A program made the translations under genes and the position numbers. The notes under the pieces were generated by a model that was given only the letters and a program-made list of their open reading frames with translations, had not been told where the DNA came from and did not search any database. Below, piece by piece: positions 26,901 to 36,894 of a stretch of DNA of 64,000 nt; within the stretch, counting starts at the first letter, position 1, and the number at the start of each line of letters is the position of its first letter. Origin of the DNA: a virus; IMG/VR virus record IMGVR_UViG_3300046673_000306, positions 32,001-96,000 of that record; one strand, given 5' to 3'.

Positions 26901-27214
26901 GGCATGTTGTAGATGAACTGCGGGGGCGCGCCTATGGCCTGGTGCAGGCCATCGGGGAGGATTAGCCGCTGGCCCTGGGTGTAGATCGCGCCCAGGGTGA
27001 TGTTCACGGCATTGTCCAGGCCGCTGGCGACGACGAGGAAGCCCTCGCCCAGGGCTCCGTCAGTGATCAGGTTCTCGATGAACCGCTGCCTCTCGTTGTT
27101 CTGGATGTCCTGGAGTTCGACCATCTCGAAGTCGGCGGGGTGAGTCCCCTCCTGGAAGACCACGGTCTCGAAGCGGTTGGCTTCGTCGAAGGTTCTCTTG
27201 CTCAGCTCTGGCAT
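23954..27214 (-). CDS. Tail fibre/spike: DUF4815-like N-terminus, beta-helix, C-terminal collar and tip
   Basis: FDEANRFETVVFQEG...ELQDIQ; GGQFTSVQEALN + VEPGTY pectin-lyase-like start; PVGSM...PAGWMECDG...FNLPDMRG...ESRPKN. Confidence 0.88.
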   Translation of the reverse strand: MPELSKRTFDEANRFETVVFQEGTHPADFEMVELQDIQNNERQRFIENLITDGALGEGFLVVASGLDNAVNITLGAIYTQGQRLILPDGLHQAIGAPPQFIYNMPVGVPTAPRTDLIYLTVSIADVTATQYPNIEDPTLGPGAYREQVQYSINIAQSVNVNNPLAPAVPTGSWTFPLAMVNRYTAQTAINASDVIDVRPIAALSKNFSPNNLITVSQTGGQFTSVQEALNSIPMSGPTAVGYANQYVVLVEPGTYVSEFPITMVNPYVTLTGLDPTTTTIRVAPIVGGNFNALTISANNVTVSNLGLDIGVGLTGNDVIVSVGASVLSATISNCLIGQKIYGESQATAPVGALGTVGVLANIGSTLTIQDSYIWCGNWVGATSAAGVVNTTATVTITDTEVTAFSTGPNPGIGAVVNNGTMIASGCSVTSNDRALYSSESFTAVDMDFNIAPITSLSSPVAGTATDCVSLSGSVNTLTSSDITSTINQIVVSGTSLTWTDVVVGACMFISGTSTSAFSDCTVTTVVMTGLSVNATFTACLILGGTGDAADTPVGNNAASLGLVVKSGALCSITSCTNNGNNAVVANGSNPVISNCTFSSADCTSGTPAAVDIIDITNISNPLIIDTTFIMGPGSASAAINILDGVTLPTPIASNPTVTGCFFQAPKTLLPSYFINGVVGSQLSYGINTPSPAATTVAMYSPNISLVALESGFVSYTTLAAVGPDEGASLVGIQPVTGSNPNNFQITSTTVQGALQQIEIGMNAAMSTNGFISEVGLDQLRPYASATPDINLNVATGPYFVASDGANKVQCSGGSIALPSVPLALAANSYVGLVYLDDSGNLNTVPENSAGYSLLTPSTPPPYPTPGLVLAEVVCVYNNGSSPIVTQGNIKDVRPFLRSLSIPVTGTPTVGQVPVATSPSSAAWTTLASVPVGSMTMFCGPNAPAGWMECDGTSLLTVSYPDLYAVIGDRWGTPDGTHFNLPDMRGCFPRGWSHDSTDSLTDPDAASRFNRLPGGRSGNTVGSYEMDVDRGHLHPMNPASGNLSGGAGAYWPYPQAANTGNIIDSPTGGNQESRPKNANVMFIIRYQ

Positions 27215-27227
27215 GGTAATGGCTCCT

Positions 27228-28373
27228 TTAGAACGCTATTGCCCAGCGAATGAAAACGCCCTGGCCCGTGGTTATGTTCGTGAACGTCGGCACGCCCCAG
27301 GCCAGTATTTTCGTGCCCGCGTTCCCTATGATGGCGATCTCCCTGATGGTGTCGTTTATCCCGAGGTTGAACTGGGCCCGGACCAGAAGGTTCGGGTTCG
27401 GCTGATCGGAGACGTCGAGCAGGTTCGGTTGCAGGAGTTCGAGCGCAACCGGTCCATTGATGGCGCGGTCGCCCAGGAACGATACCTGGGACGGGGAGAC
27501 CCTGCCAAGCTCGTGGAACATCCGCGTGGGGTTGTAGAAGGTCCTGGCCCCGATGTCGCACTCCACGTACCCGATGTACACGATCGTCCCGTTCGGAGGC
27601 GTCGGCGGCGTCGTCTTTCCCAGCGATGGCATGTTCTGGACCTCGCCGATGCCGTAGGCTCCGGACATGGTCCCGGTGTCTATGAGGAACAGATGGTTGA
27701 AGCAGTCCTGCTGCAAGCAGTTCGGCCCCGTGGCGCTGTTCCCGAAGCTCAGGGCCAAGTCGTGGGAGGTGTTGGCGACCTCGATGAAGTAGAAGGTGTT
27801 AGGGAACCCATTCGGACCGAAATTGTACACGGGGAAGTCGTTGTGGAGGATGACCGGGTCTATCCCGGTCATCTCGAAGTTGTTCCCGAGGCGGGGGTTG
27901 GTCCCGAACGAGGAGTAGGCGCCCCCGACGCCGGAGCCGACCGCGACGTGTGATATCCCGGCGAGGGCGCTCTCCGGGGTCTGGCCCATGTCAAACAGGG
28001 TCAAAGACGTGGTGTTCCCAATGAGGCCCAGATCATACGTTGGGTTCCCGGATACGGTGCGGTAGACGTTGTAGCTCAGGGCCCCGGCCACCGCTGACCA
28101 TGAGATCGAGTTGTAGTTTGCTGACCCTAGGCCAGCGTTGCCCGTCGCCGTCGTCGCGATAGAGAACGGCAGGCCTTGGCCGTAGGCGGTAACGGACTTT
28201 ATCACATATGCCCACGTCGAGGAACCGGCGGCTCCGACGTTGGCCACCGCCGATGACCCCGGAGCCGGGATCGAGAAGTCTGTAAGCTGCTGCTCGGCGG
28301 TACCGGCCATGAGCTGGGAGATCAGGGTCCTTCCGTCTCTGCTCATCTGTTGCTGCGTGCTGAGTCCGCTCAT
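27228..28373 (-). CDS. Baseplate/tail-fibre attachment protein with an inserted FN3-like domain
   Basis: GRTLISQLMAG...ISHVAVGSG...IREIAI...WAIAF resembles fibre N-terminal/baseplate folds. Confidence 0.6.
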   Translation of the reverse strand: MSGLSTQQQMSRDGRTLISQLMAGTAEQQLTDFSIPAPGSSAVANVGAAGSSTWAYVIKSVTAYGQGLPFSIATTATGNAGLGSANYNSISWSAVAGALSYNVYRTVSGNPTYDLGLIGNTTSLTLFDMGQTPESALAGISHVAVGSGVGGAYSSFGTNPRLGNNFEMTGIDPVILHNDFPVYNFGPNGFPNTFYFIEVANTSHDLALSFGNSATGPNCLQQDCFNHLFLIDTGTMSGAYGIGEVQNMPSLGKTTPPTPPNGTIVYIGYVECDIGARTFYNPTRMFHELGRVSPSQVSFLGDRAINGPVALELLQPNLLDVSDQPNPNLLVRAQFNLGINDTIREIAIIGNAGTKILAWGVPTFTNITTGQGVFIRWAIAF

Positions 28374-28383
28374 GATATTTCCC

Positions 28384-31300
28384 CTATATTCCTGCGTTGA
28401 ATCGGAAGAGTTTGGCCGTGTCCAGCGAGCGCCCATAGAAGAAGACCCCGCCGTCGAAGGCCAGGCCCTGCACCCGCTCGTTCACGACGTAGGTCTTGGT
28501 CAAGACCAGGGTCTGACCCAGGGTGATCGGCGGATTCGGGATCGAGAAGACATGGACCGTGGTCGAGGTCCCGTTATACAGGGCCGTGGCCACCAGCGAG
28601 CCGCCCCCAAGTTCGATCGAGATCGAGCCCGTGGCGAGGTTGATGAGGTCTCCTGGGTGCCCCACCGGGTCCTCAGTCACCGTGGGAGGCACGTACACCG
28701 ACGGCAGGGGTATGCTCCCGACCACGGCCCCGATCGGCAGGGGGTTGTAGCCCAGGTACCCGGCGCTGGCGCTGGGCGGGACGAGGCTCATGTCCACCAG
28801 CCAGATTTTCCCGGCCAGGTCCACGATCAGGACCTTGGAGACGGCGTCCGAGACGAAGTCCAGGACGTAGTTCTGGATGTTGAATATCTCCACTGCCTGA
28901 TTCGTGCTGCGCTGGACCTGGAACAGCGTAGTGTTGTAGGACGTGGTCGAGCCTGAGCTGTCGGTCTGGAGGACCATGCACAGGCCGTTGCCTCCAGCAG
29001 CCTCGATGCGCAGGGGCTGCGCTGAGGCTCCGACCTCTCCCAGGAAGGGGAGGGATATGAAGGGCTCAATCGGGTGCGTGATCGCCAGGGTCCTGTCCCA
29101 GTTCTGGAACTCGGTCGGGGCCGAGTCCCAGGGTGCGATGCCGCTGACCCCCGCGCCTTCCTGGGTCGCGAAGGTCCAGCCATCGTAGATTCCCAGGCCA
29201 AGCGCGCCCCAGGACTGCGAGTTTCCGGAGAACCCCGCACCTTGACCCGCGATCCCGACGTCGAACAGGCCGCTGTCGTTGCTGGCCCCAGACCAGGCCA
29301 GGGTACTGATGGGGGCGACCACGCGCGCCAGGGTCACCGCGTCTATGAGGTACATGGAGTCCCCGGCCCCGGCGGCGACCACCCTCGTCAGGTCCCCGCT
29401 CTGGATCGACGCGGTCCCGGCGTAGTCCGAGGAGGACGCGAGGAGGATCGGCTCGTAGCCCACGGGGTTGTTCGTGACCTTGACGATGCCGTTAGCGCAC
29501 CCCGCGAACACGCCGTTTCCGTTCTCGGTCAGGGCATCCCTAGAGCCGAAGGTCCTGACGACGTTGACCATGCCCAGGGGCATGAAAACGGCGTCGTACA
29601 GGGTCTGATGCACCGTCACCGAGTTCGGGCCCGACTCGATCGCGGAGAACATCGACGCCGAGTAGCTGAGGACGTCGCCGATGTTCCCGGGGGCGACCAG
29701 GGCGTTGTCGACGTACGTCATGGGGGAGGCCGAGGCCGGTATCGTGGCGATGGCGCTCATGGCCGAGCCATTGACGCTGCGGCTGATCAAGACTTGATCG
29801 CCAGCGGCGTAGGCGTACCCCGCCGGGGGCGTGATCGTGAGCGTGACCTGGGTTCTGTTCGTCTGCGACGTAGTGATAACGGGCGCGCCCATTCGGCAGG
29901 TGAAGACGGCGATGTTTGATTGCGGAGAGGTGTTGTCCGCGTCCACGGCGTAGACCCAGTACTGCACGGTGTCGCCCATGTTCATCGGGTATGTGTCCCG
30001 GTAGCTCCTCAGCGCCGGGTTCGCGTCGTTGCAGACCAGGATCGGGGCCTCGTACGAGGTGGGGGACCCGGTCACGAACTTCTGGCGCCAGACCTCGAAG
30101 CCGGTGGCCAGGGTATTGGCGTCGGACCAGGTCACTAGGTTCTGGGTCGACAGGGGCCTAGTCACCGCGACCCCGGTGGGGGCGGACAAGGCCAGGTCGG
30201 TCGAGACCGTTAGGGAATAGGCCCCGAGGTTCTTGGGCACCGCGACGTCGCTGAGTATGAGGTAGGCCTGCTTGATCTCCCTGACCCTGAACGAGACTAG
30301 GGCCCCGGGGGCGCCGTTGACGGCGACCGTGACCGTCGTCTGCCCAGGGGGCACGCGCGCGACCTCCACGAACGTGCCGTTGTTCGAGAACGCGGTCTCG
30401 ATCGCGGTGTAGTCCATGTAGAGGTTGTTCGTGGTCCAGGTCAGGGTCGCCATGTTATCCGGAGTCCCCACGACCTGGAGGTCCTGCGGGGGGTCGAACG
30501 GGGTCGTGACGATGATCGGGATTGAGGCCGGACCCTGCTCCTGGTTGTCGAAGTTCTGGACGGAGTAGGCGTAGACCGCCCCGGAGATGATCGGGGCGTC
30601 GTCGACGAACTCCGTGACCGAGGCCGCGACGCTGGCGATAAGGGTCAGCGGGGCTCCGTCCATGGACTTGTAGACCAGGGTCCCGCGCACGAACGGGCTT
30701 ATGTTCTGCCAGGACACGTTGATGACCCCGGCCCCGGTGATCGCCACTGAGACGTTGTCTGGCGCAACCAGCTCCTGGACGATGATGATCTGGATAGAGT
30801 TCGACCAGGGGCTGACCGCCGTCGCGTTATCGGCCCGAACCCGGTACGAGACGAAGGTCCCTACAGGGTAGTCGAAGACGTCGGTGAAGGAAGTGGTCCC
30901 CCCCGGGACCGTGATCAGGGGTCCGATCACGGGCAAGAACGCGGGAGCCTCCATGATCGTGCGCTGGATCGAGTACGATGTCTCCAGGTCCTCGTTGATG
31001 ACCAGGTTCGTGTCGGTCCAGGTCAGGATCGCGCCGATGTCTGCGGCGGGGACCACGGAGACGAGGACGGGCGCGTTCAGGGGCGCTGTGACGCTGAATG
31101 CCGCTGACGTCGGCCCCGCGAAGTCCTGGTTGAAGGCCTCGACCTTGAAGGTGTATATCTGTCCAGGCACTATGACCACGGAGTAGACGTAGGTCAGCGT
31201 CCCCGGGGCAACGACGGCGACCTGGTCGAAGACCGTGGTGCTGCCGACGTCCAGGTACACGCGGACCCCCTTCTCGTCGGACACTGCCGGGTAGTTGGGG

Positions 31301-32310
31301 TCGGTCCAGACCAAGGTGATCTGGGTCCCTCCTCCGATGGTCGCGGAGGTGATGACCGGGGCCGCCATAGTCTGCGGCACGACCACGCTCTGGGCTGCGG
31401 AGAATGGTCCGACGTCGCCCGTGGACGGCGACACCGCCCTGACCCTGTAGGTGTAGGTCCCCGGGACCATGCCCAGGTACCCGAAGGCGTCGTCGTAGGC
31501 CCCGGTTGGGGCTGGCCCAGCGGCCATGGTCATCGAGGACAGGAGCAGGAACGGTCCGGCTCCGACGCTCCTCCAGACTTCGACCTGGTCACCGGCGCCG
31601 TAGGTGTTGGGGTCGGTCCAGGCCAGGGCAATGAGCCCGACCTTGATCGCGGGGATGGCCAGCGGCGGGGAGATCGTGAAGTCCGGGGTGTAGATCGGGA
31701 CCGCCAGGGTCTGCGCCGAGAACGAGGATGGGACGGTGATGGAGGACGGGGCGCTGAGCGTCGTGGTCTGGTACTTGTTCGTGACCTGGACTTCGTAGGA
31801 GTAGGTGTGTCCGGGGGGAGGCGCGGAGGCCGCGATGGTCGCCCCCGGCAGTATGGTCATCCCGGGGGTTCCCGCCGTGACCGTGACGGCCCCGGAATCG
31901 GTGGCCGCCGCCGTATCCAGAGACATGATCACGGGAGTGGGTGAGGCGAGGACCCCGGCGGGGATCACTGCGTCGGAAAATGCGTAGGAGATTCCCGAGA
32001 AAGTGTACCCCTCTTCGGTCCCGGCTCCGGCGGACACGGTGTAGAAGTACTGGGTCAGGGACGACTCCACGGCTCCGGTATCGATCCTGTGACCATCGTT
32101 GCCGTTATCCGGGTTTCCATCCACGTAGTATTTCAGGAAGTAGGAGTACCGAGTCAGGTCCGCCCCGGAATTGGGGTCGCTGAGACCCAGGATCAGGGAC
32201 GTCCCCGAGGCGGAAATCCCGGTGATCGACACCGGTTGGAGGGGGACGAAGGTATCGACCTCGAACAGCTCGAAGAAGTTGCCGCTGCGTACGGGTCTGA
32301 TGACGCTCAT
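28384..32310 (-). CDS. Large virion protein with tandem FN3 domains and a C-terminal beta-propeller-like region
   Basis: Repeated L.WTD...YxYxVxA.N...S motifs. Confidence 0.8.
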   Translation of the reverse strand: MSVIRPVRSGNFFELFEVDTFVPLQPVSITGISASGTSLILGLSDPNSGADLTRYSYFLKYYVDGNPDNGNDGHRIDTGAVESSLTQYFYTVSAGAGTEEGYTFSGISYAFSDAVIPAGVLASPTPVIMSLDTAAATDSGAVTVTAGTPGMTILPGATIAASAPPPGHTYSYEVQVTNKYQTTTLSAPSSITVPSSFSAQTLAVPIYTPDFTISPPLAIPAIKVGLIALAWTDPNTYGAGDQVEVWRSVGAGPFLLLSSMTMAAGPAPTGAYDDAFGYLGMVPGTYTYRVRAVSPSTGDVGPFSAAQSVVVPQTMAAPVITSATIGGGTQITLVWTDPNYPAVSDEKGVRVYLDVGSTTVFDQVAVVAPGTLTYVYSVVIVPGQIYTFKVEAFNQDFAGPTSAAFSVTAPLNAPVLVSVVPAADIGAILTWTDTNLVINEDLETSYSIQRTIMEAPAFLPVIGPLITVPGGTTSFTDVFDYPVGTFVSYRVRADNATAVSPWSNSIQIIIVQELVAPDNVSVAITGAGVINVSWQNISPFVRGTLVYKSMDGAPLTLIASVAASVTEFVDDAPIISGAVYAYSVQNFDNQEQGPASIPIIVTTPFDPPQDLQVVGTPDNMATLTWTTNNLYMDYTAIETAFSNNGTFVEVARVPPGQTTVTVAVNGAPGALVSFRVREIKQAYLILSDVAVPKNLGAYSLTVSTDLALSAPTGVAVTRPLSTQNLVTWSDANTLATGFEVWRQKFVTGSPTSYEAPILVCNDANPALRSYRDTYPMNMGDTVQYWVYAVDADNTSPQSNIAVFTCRMGAPVITTSQTNRTQVTLTITPPAGYAYAAGDQVLISRSVNGSAMSAIATIPASASPMTYVDNALVAPGNIGDVLSYSASMFSAIESGPNSVTVHQTLYDAVFMPLGMVNVVRTFGSRDALTENGNGVFAGCANGIVKVTNNPVGYEPILLASSSDYAGTASIQSGDLTRVVAAGAGDSMYLIDAVTLARVVAPISTLAWSGASNDSGLFDVGIAGQGAGFSGNSQSWGALGLGIYDGWTFATQEGAGVSGIAPWDSAPTEFQNWDRTLAITHPIEPFISLPFLGEVGASAQPLRIEAAGGNGLCMVLQTDSSGSTTSYNTTLFQVQRSTNQAVEIFNIQNYVLDFVSDAVSKVLIVDLAGKIWLVDMSLVPPSASAGYLGYNPLPIGAVVGSIPLPSVYVPPTVTEDPVGHPGDLINLATGSISIELGGGSLVATALYNGTSTTVHVFSIPNPPITLGQTLVLTKTYVVNERVQGLAFDGGVFFYGRSLDTAKLFRFNAGI

Positions 32311-32936
32311 GGGCCAGGTATCTCCTGCTGGGATATGAGGGCGATGAACTGGTGCGCGGGCGTGACGAAGGCCAGGGCAGGCGGGACGAAGGTGAGCATC
32401 CTTATATCCGCAGTATTGGCGACGCTCACGACCTGGACCTGGGTCCCGAACGGGTCGAATCCAAGGCTCCTGAGGAGCACGCCCGGCATCCACTCGGCCA
32501 AGGGGTTGTTCCAGGTATTGTTGGGCAGGGGGCTGTTCAGGATAAAGAACTGGGTCGGGTCCGGGGGCACGCCGGGGCCGATGAACCTGGCCGCGTCATT
32601 GAAGTAGTCCCGGATCACGACCGTGGCCGATGGTGCGTAGGCGTGAACCATGTCGATCAGGCACTGCTTGAACGGGGCCTCCAGGCGGGACTTGATAGTG
32701 CCTAGGAGGATGTTCCGGTACTGCTCCGTGGTGAAGCTGGGATCGAACGCCACCTGTAGGAGCGTGCCCCAGTTCGGTTGCAGGGTGTCGGGCCTGGCCG
32801 TGGCGATGTTCCGGTCGGAATTGACGCTGTTGATCTCGGCGTCCGCCGCGTTCATCTGGTCAGCCTGGAGCCAGATCGTGAGCAGGATGTTCGACGAGGT
32901 CAGCGACACCGGTACGAAGTTTATTGGGGTTGGCAT
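32307..32936 (-). CDS. Baseplate wedge protein (gpI/gp48-like)
   Basis: L..NWG.L.......E.YR..L motif; position after gpJ. Confidence 0.6.
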   Translation of the reverse strand: MPTPINFVPVSLTSSNILLTIWLQADQMNAADAEINSVNSDRNIATARPDTLQPNWGTLLQVAFDPSFTTEQYRNILLGTIKSRLEAPFKQCLIDMVHAYAPSATVVIRDYFNDAARFIGPGVPPDPTQFFILNSPLPNNTWNNPLAEWMPGVLLRSLGFDPFGTQVQVVSVANTADIRMLTFVPPALAFVTPAHQFIALISQQEIPGP

Positions 32937-32939
32937 GTT

Positions 32940-33296
32940 CTAGGGCACGTAGTACTGGGCCCGGATCAGGCTCGGGCCGGGGTTGAGCACGATCGTGGTG
33001 GACCAGCCCCCGGTCGCATCCGCGACGATGCTCGTGGTCGGAGACTGGTTGATGTTGTTGACGAGGACGATGATCGTGGACCCTGGGGTGGCCGTGCCCC
33101 TTACCGCTACGGACTCGATCTCCGGGACCGTGAAATCCGTCGAGGAGTTGTAGACGTAGTATGGGATAAGCTGGGCCATGGCCACGAAGAACTTGTTCGA
33201 GGCCTCAGGGAGGACCACGATCATGTCGATGATCGGCGTCGGCCCCACGGGGACCTCGATGCTTACCTGCGACGGCAGAGACTGGACTATCGGCAT
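32940..33296 (-). CDS. Small Ig-like virion protein
   Basis: VRGTATPGSTI...ADATGGWS...LNPG. Confidence 0.55.
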   Translation of the reverse strand: MPIVQSLPSQVSIEVPVGPTPIIDMIVVLPEASNKFFVAMAQLIPYYVYNSSTDFTVPEIESVAVRGTATPGSTIIVLVNNINQSPTTSIVADATGGWSTTIVLNPGPSLIRAQYYVP

Positions 33297-33303
33297 AGGT
33301 TTC

Positions 33304-34929
33304 TCAGCTCGCGATGTAGATCGTTATATCCCCGGCCAGCGGATACTGATCCCGGCCCAGGACGATGGTCGAGGCCGTGGCCTGGCCCCTGATCGCCAGC
33401 AGCGCCAGGGGCTCGGTATCGTTGACCCCCGCGACGCTGTCGATCAGATCGAAGCTGGTGCTGTACTTGATTGTGGCCCCGAGCGTCAACCCCCCGATGT
33501 ACTCGGCGATGTTCGATTGAATCTGGGCCACGGTCGCGACGGGATCGGCGCCGGGCACGAGCGTGATCGTATCCGTTACGTCGATGAAGACCTCGATCGC
33601 GGACCTGGGCAACAAATTCCTGGCCGGGACCGCGTTCATGTTCTGGTTCATGAAGAAGTCGAGGGCGTTCTGCAACACGCCGTTGTACTGGTAGGTCACG
33701 GTCAGGACGTCGCCACCGCTGACCCCGGAGATCACGACCAGAGAATCGGTGGAACTCGTGCTCTCGGAGACGTCGCTGACGTCCTTGGCCAGCAAATACT
33801 GGGTCGGGGGCAGGGTCACGGATGTCGTGGTGTCGTAGACGCTTGTGATCGAGAGCACGGGCTGTAGGCTGAGGACCATCGGGGTTCCGACTAAGGTCGG
33901 GACCGTGATGGTGTCGACCTGAGTCAGACCTATGTTTGCCTCGGCCTGGATGTAGAGGTCGACGTAGCCTCCCGCGCCCTCGGCCCTGGTCAGCAGAGGG
34001 TCACCGGCGCCGACGACCAGGGCATCAATTACGTTTGGAAGCGTCAGGGCCAGGCGCCGGATGCCACGGAAGGTCACGGCGTCATTGGCCAAGAACGTGG
34101 CCTGTATCCTGGCCGCGAAGTCGGCGGCGGACTCGGAGTCGGTTCCGCCCGTGGTCGCGTTCTGGTTATAGACCGTGGACACGCCCGTGATCGTTGACCC
34201 CAGGAGCGTGATCGTCCCGGGGCCGACATTGCCCGCCGCGCCCGCGACCTGGGCCTGGATCGGGATCGTGACGCTGGATTGCCCCGGGTAAATGGTCCCG
34301 CTCTCGGTCGTGATGAAACCCAGTGACGTCTGGGCCGTGGTCGAGAGCGTGGACACCACCTCTCCCAGGGGCACGACGATCGGAATCGTCGTGATCTGAG
34401 GCGCACTGAACGTAGCGAACCCGGTGCTGAACGTTGGCCCGCCAGGGGTCAGATTGAAGTTGGCGCCGTAGTCGGCGAGTTCGGTGCCCTGAAACTCGTC
34501 GACGTTGGAGAGGGAGTAGATGTCGGCCACGCGTTGGATCGAGGAGTAGAGGTTGGCCAGGCTCGTGCTCGGGAGGTCGCAGAACAGGTTCATGGTCACG
34601 GACCCGTCCTGGGTCGAGGCCAGAGGCTGGAGCGCCCCGAGGTTGGTCTGCATCTCGGTCCTGACCGTGACGAAGTCCTTGAACGACGAGTCCCCCTGGA
34701 AGGTGTAGGTCGCGTAGTAGGCAACGCCGGTGGCGGGCTGCTTGCCCGGCAGCGACCAGTCCACGCCTCCGCTTGTCAGCTGATAGTCGACGCCAAGGGT
34801 GAAGTCGGCCTCGGACGCGGAGTACCCGACGTTGACTAGGGATAGGGCGGTGAAGGCCAGGGCGTCGATCCCCCCGGGATCGCCCTTGAACACCCGCTCT
34901 GTTATCTGGTTAATAAGAGGGATTGCCAT
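33304..34929 (-). CDS. Baseplate J-like protein
   Basis: AQVAGAAGNVGPGTI...GGTDSES..DF..R; GYVDLYI. Confidence 0.9.
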   Translation of the reverse strand: MAIPLINQITERVFKGDPGGIDALAFTALSLVNVGYSASEADFTLGVDYQLTSGGVDWSLPGKQPATGVAYYATYTFQGDSSFKDFVTVRTEMQTNLGALQPLASTQDGSVTMNLFCDLPSTSLANLYSSIQRVADIYSLSNVDEFQGTELADYGANFNLTPGGPTFSTGFATFSAPQITTIPIVVPLGEVVSTLSTTAQTSLGFITTESGTIYPGQSSVTIPIQAQVAGAAGNVGPGTITLLGSTITGVSTVYNQNATTGGTDSESAADFAARIQATFLANDAVTFRGIRRLALTLPNVIDALVVGAGDPLLTRAEGAGGYVDLYIQAEANIGLTQVDTITVPTLVGTPMVLSLQPVLSITSVYDTTTSVTLPPTQYLLAKDVSDVSESTSSTDSLVVISGVSGGDVLTVTYQYNGVLQNALDFFMNQNMNAVPARNLLPRSAIEVFIDVTDTITLVPGADPVATVAQIQSNIAEYIGGLTLGATIKYSTSFDLIDSVAGVNDTEPLALLAIRGQATASTIVLGRDQYPLAGDITIYIAS

Positions 34930-34941
34930 GGTTTTTCCTTG

Positions 34942-35376
34942 CTATTGGGTTTGCCCTTGACCTGCGAGCTGCTGGGCGAAGACCAGGCGCTCCCCGGCCT
35001 GGCTCACGATCGCGATCTGGACCTCGATGCCGGTGTTCGAGGTCGGGATCACGGCGATGGCGTCGACGTGGTCGATCAGCTCCGAGTAGGTCATGGTCTG
35101 GATCGTGGTCTGGGTCGCTTGCAGGGATTGGAGCAGGGACAAGGCCTGCGAGCAGGTGTTGGCCACGATCCCCTGCACCGTCGAGAAATCCATGGGTTTG
35201 CCCATCAGGCCTCTCAGCTTCGTCCCGTACTGGACGTTCCCGGGGTCGGAGCCGAGTGGGGTCAGCATGATCTTTGACACGTCCTGGGCCAGCTTCGCCG
35301 TGTTCTGGACGATCATGGGGTTGCCGTCAGAGCCGAAGGAGATGTCGCCGTTGAGGAGCTGGAGGTCGTAGCTCAT
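34942..35376 (-). CDS. Baseplate wedge gp25/gpW-like protein
   Basis: DLQLLNGDI...KLAQDVSKIMLTPLGS...YGT. Confidence 0.8.
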   Translation of the reverse strand: MSYDLQLLNGDISFGSDGNPMIVQNTAKLAQDVSKIMLTPLGSDPGNVQYGTKLRGLMGKPMDFSTVQGIVANTCSQALSLLQSLQATQTTIQTMTYSELIDHVDAIAVIPTSNTGIEVQIAIVSQAGERLVFAQQLAGQGQTQ

Positions 35377-36893
35377 GCGAGTACCGTTATGTTTCCTGTG
35401 GTTATTTTTGAAGTCAAGGACGACGGCGCCAGATTCACCGCCGCCGCCGCCGCCGCAATCGATCCGGACAGGGCGCCGGGGGGAAGCACAGACGGGGCTT
35501 CAGATATGAATAAATTCAGGAACGCGGTTAGGGCCTGGACGAAGGGCCAAAATTTTGGGTCCGATGCCACATCGGACACCACGGTGTCATTGATTCTGGA
35601 AATACCTTGTCCGGTATATCCCATTGACGCAGGTATTGTTGGGGGGCCTGCCCAGCTGTTCAACACGATCTGGTTCCCGGACAGGTTCAGGGTTCCGGTG
35701 GCGGCGGCGATGCTAATGTGGCCTTTGAGTGCTATTAACTCGTAGTCCCCGGTCGCGAGCGTGGTGCTGATGTCTCCGGTGATCTCCACCGTGGAGTCCC
35801 CGTAGACGTTCCGGAACTCGTTTCCATATAGGATCATCTGATCCGGAACCGATCCAGTCGCGGTCCCGATCTGAGTGACTCTCCCGTTGCCCAGGGGATC
35901 GCCACTGATAAACACCGTCGCCGACGCGGCCTCGTATGAATCGGAATTGTCTATGCTCAGGTACCTGTCGGACATGCTTAGATTCGCGGGCCCGGTCAGC
36001 GTCTCATTCAGGCTATACGAATTTAGATTTATGCTGTTGTCGGCGTTGATCGTTCGGTCCTGGGAGCCCTCGACCAGGGACTGATTCGTGTCGAAGCTCT
36101 TGTTCTGAGTCATCTCCGTCACGGCGTTATCGGCCTTGACCATGTAATTCTGGCACTGGACCGAGAACGTGCCATTTGATTCAAAACTGACGTCCCCGGC
36201 GTTGGCGAATGTGACCTCTCCGGTCTTCCCATTTATGTAGAGCTGGAACAAGCTGGTCTTATCTCCCGCAGACTGATCCATGAGGTTGTCGGCCATGTAG
36301 CTGAGTTCAGCCTGGTTGGTCATGTACAGAGTCGATCCCAAAAGTTGCTTGTTGATCGAGGCCGGGAGCGGCAACTGCGTGACTGGGTCCATCAGGAAAG
36401 CCGGAGCATGGCAGTTCGGGCATTGCTCGATCAATGTCGTGGCGTTGATATTCGCTTCCCAGGCGGTCAACAAGGACGTTACGCCGCAGGTAAGGCACTT
36501 GGCGGAATCCCCGCGAACTCGAATATATACCTCTCCCTCTTGCAGGTCCTCAGGCATACCATAGACCTGCTTGTACATCTGGTAGTATGAGTCCGGGGCC
36601 ATGGTGTTAAGGGGATAGTAGCCGAGGACCAGGGGCATCTGCATCGGTCTGATCCCGACCACGACATGTGTCCCCACCGTGGGAACGGCGAATATCCCTC
36701 CGCCGGGGTAGGCCATGGGCATAGGGATCGGGACCGTGGTCCTCGTGCTGGTCTTATCCAAGATGTTCAGGCTGCACATCATATTCACGGTGTCAACGCT
36801 CGTGATCTGGGCGAGCCTCAGGTACTTCACTTCCTCGACCGCCTGCCGGTTGCCCTGGTTAAAGAATAGGTCAGATAAATTATTTTTGATCAT
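35373..36893 (-). CDS. Baseplate central spike (gpV/gp45-like)
   Basis: OB-fold AQITSVD...P.VG..VVVG...VLGY followed by beta-helix repeats. Confidence 0.7.
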   Translation of the reverse strand: MIKNNLSDLFFNQGNRQAVEEVKYLRLAQITSVDTVNMMCSLNILDKTSTRTTVPIPMPMAYPGGGIFAVPTVGTHVVVGIRPMQMPLVLGYYPLNTMAPDSYYQMYKQVYGMPEDLQEGEVYIRVRGDSAKCLTCGVTSLLTAWEANINATTLIEQCPNCHAPAFLMDPVTQLPLPASINKQLLGSTLYMTNQAELSYMADNLMDQSAGDKTSLFQLYINGKTGEVTFANAGDVSFESNGTFSVQCQNYMVKADNAVTEMTQNKSFDTNQSLVEGSQDRTINADNSINLNSYSLNETLTGPANLSMSDRYLSIDNSDSYEAASATVFISGDPLGNGRVTQIGTATGSVPDQMILYGNEFRNVYGDSTVEITGDISTTLATGDYELIALKGHISIAAATGTLNLSGNQIVLNSWAGPPTIPASMGYTGQGISRINDTVVSDVASDPKFWPFVQALTAFLNLFISEAPSVLPPGALSGSIAAAAAAVNLAPSSLTSKITTGNITVLA

Positions 36894-36894
36894 A

